Positions 57,870-64,000 of a stretch of DNA of 64,000 nt are shown here, in pieces. The position numbers were made by a program, and so were the translations under genes. Below the pieces are notes generated by a model. The model ran no database searches. It had not been told where the DNA came from and saw nothing but the letters and a program-made list of their open reading frames with translations. The DNA lies in IMG/VR virus record IMGVR_UViG_3300008107_000009. One strand, 5' to 3'. Position 1 is the first letter of the stretch. Each line of letters starts with the position of its first letter. The stretch is from an uncultured virus (IMG/VR IMGVR_UViG_3300008107_000009). Lineage: Duplodnaviria; Heunggongvirae; Uroviricota; Caudoviricetes.

Positions 57870-58987
57870 TAAGCTGCTTTTTGGAATTCTTCTGATATTT
57901 TTTGAATTACTTTATCCATCCTTTCCTTTTCCTTGTCAAGATCTGTTGAAGGCCATTTTATGTAGCTAATTCTAGACATCTTATTCTTAATATTTATAAG
58001 ATAGTCTATTGCTTTATTTTTGTCTTGGACGTTATCATTTTCCTCAGTTTTAACCTGAGCAATTTTAGAAATAGCAACTTCTACCAATCCCACTGCTTTT
58101 TCCTTTTTAGTGTTAAACATATCCTTCATACTAGAATATGCTGAGTTATCTGCTGAATCTTTATCTCTAAGATCTTTTAAAACGCTAATACTTTCATCTG
58201 AATGACTTTTAATATCTTTGATAGACTTCATTATTTCTTTGTGGTACGTATCAAGGATTGATTCTATTTTCTTAGAAGGCATTTTGGTAACTTCATCTGA
58301 AGCACCAATTTTGTCTTTCTCCTTGGATAAATTGTCCTGAGCTTTTTCTAGATCCTTCTCAGCATCTTTAGGATTTCCTAGGATCTTTTGAATGTCAGAA
58401 AGATATTCAGAGCTATCTTCGTCAGTGATTAATTTTTTCTTAAAATCTACTCTTAATTTTTTGGTCTCTACAGAATCTTCAGCTCTTTTTAAATTATAAT
58501 ATTCAGTTTTTCTTTTATTGTCTTTAATTATAATTCCTACTGATTTTTCCAAATCGTCCATTATGGAATTATGTGAAGAAACAAGATCCTTAATTAATTT
58601 TTGTACTTTGTTAAGTTTAACTAAAATAGCATCCTGCTCTGTCTTGTCTGCTCTATCTTTCTTAAGTTGTGCTAAAGCAGAGCTAAGTTTGTAAAATTTG
58701 GATTCAGCTTCATGTTCATCTCTGATGAACTTAGTCTCTTCTGATTTCATATCTTCTAGAATTGTGCTGAGTTTTTTAATATCACCTCCAACAATCTTAG
58801 AAAAGAAATTAAGAATTTTATCACCGAGTCCTTCTTTGATTGCAATCAAATTTTCCTCAATAATATATTCATCAAGATCAGAGTTCCGAGAAAGCATTTT
58901 CTTTTTAGCAATCTCTATATCTCCGTAGGATTCGATTAGTGCATCTTTACACTCAGAATACACTTTGAAATTTTCTAGAATCATCAT
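57869..58987 (-). CDS. Coiled-coil putative internal head protein, 372 aa, paralogue of the 282-aa gene
   Basis: KEGLGDKILNFFSKIVGGDIKKLSTILEDMKSEETKFI aligns with NEGFFKNLVNRVGSFLSGSKPKIQDKINKMVQIEKDFI. Confidence 0.65.
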   Translation of the reverse strand: MMILENFKVYSECKDALIESYGDIEIAKKKMLSRNSDLDEYIIEENLIAIKEGLGDKILNFFSKIVGGDIKKLSTILEDMKSEETKFIRDEHEAESKFYKLSSALAQLKKDRADKTEQDAILVKLNKVQKLIKDLVSSHNSIMDDLEKSVGIIIKDNKRKTEYYNLKRAEDSVETKKLRVDFKKKLITDEDSSEYLSDIQKILGNPKDAEKDLEKAQDNLSKEKDKIGASDEVTKMPSKKIESILDTYHKEIMKSIKDIKSHSDESISVLKDLRDKDSADNSAYSSMKDMFNTKKEKAVGLVEVAISKIAQVKTEENDNVQDKNKAIDYLINIKNKMSRISYIKWPSTDLDKEKERMDKVIQKISEEFQKAA

Positions 58988-59003
58988 AGCACAACTTTTT
59001 CTT

Positions 59004-59011
59004 TATATATC
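59004..59011 (-). promoter_or_regulatory. Putative late promoter GATATATA
   Basis: 16 nt upstream of ATG 58987, after the capsid terminator. Confidence 0.6.
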
Positions 59012-59033
59012 ACTAAACAAATTAAAAGGCAAC

Positions 59034-59063
59034 AAAAAACCCCCGATTTTCATCGAGGGTTTT
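59034..59063 (-). terminator. Rho-independent terminator after the major capsid gene
   Basis: Minus strand ACCCTCGAT-GAAA-ATCGGGGGT stem (one G-U pair) followed by a T run. Confidence 0.88.
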
Positions 59064-59085
59064 ATAATTGAGTACTTAATTAAGA

Positions 59086-60825
59086 TTAAGCAATACCAGT
59101 TGCAGGTACTTCTACGTGGAAGCAGATGTACATTGTTTGAGGATGGTGACCAGCCTCAACTAGAGCGTATCTAGATTTAACTGCAATCTTAGGTGACATA
59201 GTACCTTCAGAGATAGTCTGAATTGACTCAGCCATCATGTAAGGCATGAACTTAAGACCTGGTTCGTCGTCTCCACCTTTTCTACCTACTAGCACTCTTG
59301 TGTCTCCGAAAGACATGTTCTGGTCAACATAAACTGTCATACCAGCGATAGAACCAACTGGGTAAAGTGTACCGTTGTTCTGAGTAAGAGTGTTTGTGAA
59401 AGGAGCGAAAGTGAACTGAGAGATATCCTGTAAAGCAGAGGCAACTTGAGAGTTAGTAACGATGAAGTTAGCAGGGCCTCTTCTTCCTCTGTTTGCAACC
59501 ACGTTAGCAGCAGCAAGGATTCTTGAGAATAGTCTTCTTTGTACAGTTGACTGGTTCTCATAACCACCTGTACCGATAGCAGTACCACCAGCAATTACAA
59601 GCTGAGCGTTATCTTTACCGATGAAGGTTAAGTTAGATCCACCTCCAGTGAATTTCAAGTTCAAGTTAAGGTTAGTACCTTCTGTGTTCTTGAATTCAGC
59701 GTGGTTAGACCATCCAAGAGCAAATGCTCTAGAAAGGATGTGCTTGTTGATCGCCTGAGAAACCTCATTAACAAGTGCGTTTTCGATCATAGAAACTACG
59801 TCGATACCGAATTGCTTGTTAAGATCTTGGATTTGCTCAGTTGTCACAGAAGCAGCAACTTGGAAAGTTCCAGCTTCTACGAACTTAGTGAAAGTAGTTA
59901 AACCAAGAGACTTGAAATAAGTACTTTCAGCTGTACCTCTTGACATAGGATCGTAGGCTTTTGTACCGTCTACGTATGGACCTTGCCAAGCGTTTGTGTT
60001 GTCAAGACCAGCACCAGAAGCACCTTGTACGTGATCTTCTAGAGTCTTAACTAATACTGCAGCACCGTTAGCATAGCCTACTGTTGCAGAGATTGTGTAA
60101 ACGTTTGTTCCTGTATTGAATGAACCAGAGTAGATAACTGCATCTGCATCGATTGCTTGAGCAATTGAGAAACCAGTTGTTTGAGCTATTACTTGGAAAA
60201 TTGGAAAACCATCGATACGAGAGTTACCAACATATTTACCAGCTACAAGAGCACCAACACCAGCACTATCAAGATCTTTTGTTGAAGAAAGACCTGCAGC
60301 ACCTAGAAGGTAAGTTGATCCTACAGTTAAACCAGATACTGGAGAAGCTGTTGAGGAAGGAACTTTAATAAGGTCAGGGGAAGAAGCTGTGTAAGGAGAT
60401 ACTGTGTCAGTACCAGAAAGCTTACCACCAGCATATACATAGTCAAGATAGCTAAGTACTCCTGTAGGACCGCTCATTGGGATAACTGGAACAATGTCAA
60501 AACCTACTGTCTTAGCAGCTACCTGAATAGCAAGCGGAAGAAGTGAAGGGAATTTGTCACCAGAACCAAGACCTGTACCAGCATAAGAACCACCAGCATA
60601 AAAGCCAGCAGGACCGCCAGAAAGACCTACGTTTGAAGGAGCAGCAATTTGACCCATACCGCCAAGTACGCCAAGAGTGTTGTACGCACCAGCAGATTCG
60701 TTTAGAGAGTGATAATGGCAATATTTGGTTAACCAATCTAATTTGCCTTTCTCTTGAATACCTGTTTTGCTCTCAAGTACTGGAGCCCAGGTTTCATAGA
60801 TTTCATGTTGATTAATTAGTTGCAT
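59086..60825 (-). CDS. gp23: Major capsid protein (T4 gp23-like)
   Basis: ETWAPVLE, DIVPVIPMSGPTG, TTEQIQDL, EVSQAINKHIL, RGRRGPANFIVTN, GMTVYVD, FMPY, PKIAVKSRYAL; followed by a terminator. Confidence 0.95.
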   Translation of the reverse strand: MQLINQHEIYETWAPVLESKTGIQEKGKLDWLTKYCHYHSLNESAGAYNTLGVLGGMGQIAAPSNVGLSGGPAGFYAGGSYAGTGLGSGDKFPSLLPLAIQVAAKTVGFDIVPVIPMSGPTGVLSYLDYVYAGGKLSGTDTVSPYTASSPDLIKVPSSTASPVSGLTVGSTYLLGAAGLSSTKDLDSAGVGALVAGKYVGNSRIDGFPIFQVIAQTTGFSIAQAIDADAVIYSGSFNTGTNVYTISATVGYANGAAVLVKTLEDHVQGASGAGLDNTNAWQGPYVDGTKAYDPMSRGTAESTYFKSLGLTTFTKFVEAGTFQVAASVTTEQIQDLNKQFGIDVVSMIENALVNEVSQAINKHILSRAFALGWSNHAEFKNTEGTNLNLNLKFTGGGSNLTFIGKDNAQLVIAGGTAIGTGGYENQSTVQRRLFSRILAAANVVANRGRRGPANFIVTNSQVASALQDISQFTFAPFTNTLTQNNGTLYPVGSIAGMTVYVDQNMSFGDTRVLVGRKGGDDEPGLKFMPYMMAESIQTISEGTMSPKIAVKSRYALVEAGHHPQTMYICFHVEVPATGIA

Positions 60826-60839
60826 TTTTGAAAAAAATG

Positions 60840-62921
60840 TTATTTTTTAAATCTAGCTTCTAAAGCCTCTGAAAGGTTCTGTAGATATTCTCTAGAGACT
60901 GCCTTTGGCTGAGAAGCTGAGATTGTTTGATTTTGGGATTCGTCTATTCTTTCCACATTTGCCTTTGGAACTGAAATACCCCTAGTAGCCCAGAAGTTCT
61001 GGATTTGGTAAGGTGTGTCCAGTCTATAGAATTTGCTTTGAGCAATGATAGAGGCTTTTTGACCCTCGTTCATGCTTTCCCAAGCTCCTCTATATTTTTC
61101 TGGCATCATGTCTAAGAACTTTTCTCCAGATTGATTTTGTTCAACCAGAGCTTTACCCATGATTTCAACTACCTCTTTTTCGGATGAGTAGTTGCTTTCG
61201 TTCAACGCTTTAGCGACCTTTTGTTTTTGGCCCTCATGCAGGGATAAGAATTGTGTCTGATTTGCTTGGCTCATAAGACCCAAGAAAGGAAAATTCTTAG
61301 CTTCTGCTATTTGTTCCGTTTTTTGTTTACTAACGGTATTTAATAAGTTGTCGATTTTGTTTGAAATTTTGCTGTAATCTCCAGCATATCCAGAAGTATT
61401 TGTGTTCTCTGAAATTGCTTTAGTTACCGCTTCTTTCATTTCCTTAGTGCCGTTTGAAGAATTAACTGTCTCGGCAATATATTCAGCATAGCTAATATTC
61501 TTAGAAAGCTTTTCAGCTAAATAATCGCTGTACTGAACTGTTTTATCAAGATTTTCTCCTAGATAATCAGCATAGGCTAATCCTTTGTCTAGGTTCTCTG
61601 CAAGATACTCAGAGTAAGAAATGTTCTTGTCTAGATTTTCAGCAAGATACTCAGAATAAGAAATGTTCTTGTCTAGGTTTTCCGCAAGATACTCGGAGTA
61701 AGAGATGTTCTTATCTACGTTCTCTGCAAGGTATTCCGAATAAGAAATATTTTTATCTAAGTTCTCAGCAAGATACTCGCTGTACTTAATATTCTTATCT
61801 ACGCTTTCTGCTACATATTCTGTGTAAGCAATACCTTGATCTAATCTCTCAGATATAGATTTAACTGCTGACATGTTATTGTCAACATTTTCTGCAATGT
61901 ACTCAGAGTAAGAAATATTGTTATCTAGATGCTCTGCAAGATACTTAGCATAAGAAATAGATTTATCAAGATTCTCTGCTAAATATTTGGAATAAGAAAC
62001 AGAATCTTCTAGATTCTCAGCTAGGTATTCACCATATTTAATAGAGGCTTCAAGATTTTCTGCCAAATAATCAGCATACTTTTCCAATTTTGCTACTCTT
62101 TCTTCAAGAGAGGAATTCGATTCCTTAACAGGCTCTCCCTTAACAGTTCTTAAAGATTCAATAGATCCTTTAATAGTATCCATCTCCTTTTTAATTAGTT
62201 TAGAGTATCCGTTCATTTCCTCCGCTGTAACGAAATTATTTTCCATGATTAAACTCTTATTTGGCTCCTTATCTAGAAGCTTTTTTATTTTTTCCTGATC
62301 GTTTATTCTATATATCTTAAAATTTGAATCATTTTCTAATCCAAGACTTTCGTTAACTAAAGGGAGTCCTTTTATGATAGATTCTGCCATGCTTTTTTGC
62401 TCAGCGTTATATCCAAGACTTTCATAAACTCTCTCAAGCTGTGCATTTTCAAAACCAGGATCTGCCACTAAATCATATGTAAAGATCTTTTTAATTTGCA
62501 CTTTTTTGTTTTCTAGAACGTTACCAGCTGCTCTCGAAGAAATGGAAACCGGTACACCAGCATCAACTAAAGACTTAGCTATTTTACCGGCTGGAGTATC
62601 TAAAAGTTTAACCTTAATACGAAGTGTTCTGTCGTCCTGATTATAGTTAAGTCCCTCAATGATATGAGAAATGTTTTTAAGAGACACATCAAATTCCTTA
62701 GGGTGATCTAATTCACCTACTAATCTTTTTTGGTCTATTTTTTCTTTCAAATATTGAAGATGGGGGAGATATTCTCTTTCCTCATAGATTCTTTGATTTG
62801 AGTTCTCCTTACCAAAAACAGCAGCGATTCCTTCTAGGAAATAATCGCTTCCGTTTTTCTCCATCTTCATATTATGTGAAGATTTTTCAAGGACTAAAAC
62901 GAATTCGTTATTAAGACTCAT
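60840..62921 (-). CDS. gp21: Prohead protease (T4 gp21-like) fused to a scaffold/core domain
   Basis: LEGI, NSNQRIY, GELDHP, SHII, LLDTPAGKIAKSLVDAGVPVSISSRAAG, YDLVADPGFENA; followed by a repeat-rich helical region; directly upstream of the capsid gene. Confidence 0.92.
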   Translation of the reverse strand: MSLNNEFVLVLEKSSHNMKMEKNGSDYFLEGIAAVFGKENSNQRIYEEREYLPHLQYLKEKIDQKRLVGELDHPKEFDVSLKNISHIIEGLNYNQDDRTLRIKVKLLDTPAGKIAKSLVDAGVPVSISSRAAGNVLENKKVQIKKIFTYDLVADPGFENAQLERVYESLGYNAEQKSMAESIIKGLPLVNESLGLENDSNFKIYRINDQEKIKKLLDKEPNKSLIMENNFVTAEEMNGYSKLIKKEMDTIKGSIESLRTVKGEPVKESNSSLEERVAKLEKYADYLAENLEASIKYGEYLAENLEDSVSYSKYLAENLDKSISYAKYLAEHLDNNISYSEYIAENVDNNMSAVKSISERLDQGIAYTEYVAESVDKNIKYSEYLAENLDKNISYSEYLAENVDKNISYSEYLAENLDKNISYSEYLAENLDKNISYSEYLAENLDKGLAYADYLGENLDKTVQYSDYLAEKLSKNISYAEYIAETVNSSNGTKEMKEAVTKAISENTNTSGYAGDYSKISNKIDNLLNTVSKQKTEQIAEAKNFPFLGLMSQANQTQFLSLHEGQKQKVAKALNESNYSSEKEVVEIMGKALVEQNQSGEKFLDMMPEKYRGAWESMNEGQKASIIAQSKFYRLDTPYQIQNFWATRGISVPKANVERIDESQNQTISASQPKAVSREYLQNLSEALEARFKK
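61452..62081 (-). repeat. 15 tandem 42-bp (14-aa) coding repeats, consensus SYSEYLAENLDKNI
   Basis: Counted in the translation from KYADYLAENLEASI to SYAEYIAETVNSSN. Confidence 0.95.
62309..62316 (-). promoter_or_regulatory. Intragenic GATATATA motif upstream of in-frame ATG 62246
   Basis: Perfect motif in the linker between the protease and scaffold coding regions. Confidence 0.5.
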
Positions 62922-62941
62922 TCTTTGTTATTTTATTTTTG

Positions 62942-62949
62942 TATATATC
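62942..62949 (-). promoter_or_regulatory. Putative late promoter GATATATA
   Basis: 20 nt upstream of the protease ATG. Confidence 0.6.
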
Positions 62950-62954
62950 TATTT

Positions 62955-64000
62955 TTATAGACCCTTTTTCTTTGTTGCATCTTCTGCAGGAGCTCCTGTA
63001 TTTTCTTCACCTTCGATATTTCCTTCCTCATCATATTCTACGAAATTTTGCTCTACGAAGGCCTGAACATAATTATCTGGGAGTTTTCTTAGATTTTCTG
63101 CTAATGCAGATTCGTTTCTGTCCAATAGTTCTGCAAACCTTTTGGTTTCTGAAGCGGCTATGTCCCAATCAAGGTCTTGAACTGAAGAAAGTGGGGAAAG
63201 AGATTTAATCTTAGGATAACCTTCAACGTCTCCAAATTTAGCCGAAACACTATCGATGTCTGCTGTTAGATCCTCACCTTCTGCTTCTTGATATAGTTTT
63301 TTTAATTCTCCCCAGGCTGAAACTGGTTTATCTGATTCGTCTGTAGTCCATGCTCCTTTAATAATTGCAAGAACTGTAGTGATTGTTGCCCAATCATCGT
63401 CACTAACGTAACCATCAATAGTATCAACCATACCGTTTATCGCACCTAGAAGGTTAGTTCTTTCTATATAGCCTTCAGTCACTGTGATTACATAAGAGTT
63501 TCTTCCTGCAAGAAAATCTAATGCCGCCGAACCAACAGTTCCACCGATGAAACCCCCTGCTACTCTTTTAGCAATAGGAATCGCTCCATATTTAGCAAAA
63601 TATCCTGCAGATAGGGAACTTAATCTAGCAGCTGTTCTGGCAGTCTGTTGAGCTGCGACTTTACCAACTGCTGTTGCTCCTATTCTTTGAGCTAGTTTTG
63701 TCGCACCCACTTTAGAAGCTGCTTTAATACCTAGGGCTTTAAGACCGGTACCTCCTGCTCTAATGAGATATGAAGATCCTCCCGAAAAGTATCCTATCAC
63801 TGCCATAGCAACTTCTTTGGTCCATGCACTCAATAAACTTTCGTCAAATGAAACTGGATAAGATCCGCTATTTACATATTTAAGACCCTTCCAATCTTCT
63901 CTGGTTGGTATTTGGTCTCCTGTAGCACCGGTAGCACCGGTAGCACCGGTGCCCCCTGTTCCGCCTGTTATTGGAACAGGAACTGGAGAAAATTTGCATG
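62955..64000 (-). CDS. C-terminal part of a larger protein entering from the right edge; Gly/Ala-rich amphipathic helices, GAT-repeat linker, annexin-like segment
   Basis: The frame stays open upstream of the track's TTG at 63833 to the window edge (...CKFSPVPVPITGGTGGTGATGATGATGDQIPTREDWKG...). Confidence 0.75.
   Translation of the reverse strand, partial: CKFSPVPVPITGGTGGTGATGATGATGDQIPTREDWKGLKYVNSGSYPVSFDESLLSAWTKEVAMAVIGYFSGGSSYLIRAGGTGLKALGIKAASKVGATKLAQRIGATAVGKVAAQQTARTAARLSSLSAGYFAKYGAIPIAKRVAGGFIGGTVGSAALDFLAGRNSYVITVTEGYIERTNLLGAINGMVDTIDGYVSDDDWATITTVLAIIKGAWTTDESDKPVSAWGELKKLYQEAEGEDLTADIDSVSAKFGDVEGYPKIKSLSPLSSVQDLDWDIAASETKRFAELLDRNESALAENLRKLPDNYVQAFVEQNFVEYDEEGNIEGEENTGAPAEDATKKKGL

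Noticed and set aside
61452..62081. 42-bp periodic repeats as a CRISPR array
   Set aside because: No unique spacers; variation is mostly at synonymous positions of an in-frame peptide repeat; no cas genes in the window.
1..64000. Stop-codon reassignment (TAG or TGA) as in some huge phages
   Set aside because: Genes are full length and densely packed in the standard code; TAG ends genes at 30835, 36984, 44736, 54733 and 57021 next to the following start or an intergenic gap.

Overview
Gene-dense, AT-rich 64-kb segment of a large T4-like (myovirus, 'huge phage' type) genome in the standard genetic code, almost all on the minus strand. Right to left in transcription order: a truncated Gly-rich putative ejection protein; a prohead protease-scaffold fusion (gp21-like, 15 x 14-aa repeats); the major capsid protein (gp23-like); putative internal head proteins sharing a T4-like capsid-targeting N-terminus; an NMP-kinase/AsnB pair; a RimK ligase-aspartic protease fusion; an 11-gene GDP-fucose synthesis and glycan tailoring cluster; a Nudix gene; and a long baseplate/neck module (gp53, hub, gp5, gp13, gp25, gp6, a 2509-aa gp7-like protein and large virion proteins). 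That module also contains a ribosomal S1-like gene, an amidoligase-like gene and an oppositely oriented phoH. A motif RATATATA lies just upstream of at least 13 starts and is the likely late promoter; a further copy inside the protease gene suggests a nested scaffold-only gene. A-rich leaders without Shine-Dalgarno sequences and the domain content suggest a Bacteroidota host (inference). No tRNA, rRNA, CRISPR array or mobile element was seen. All product calls come from motif recognition by eye, not from database searches.
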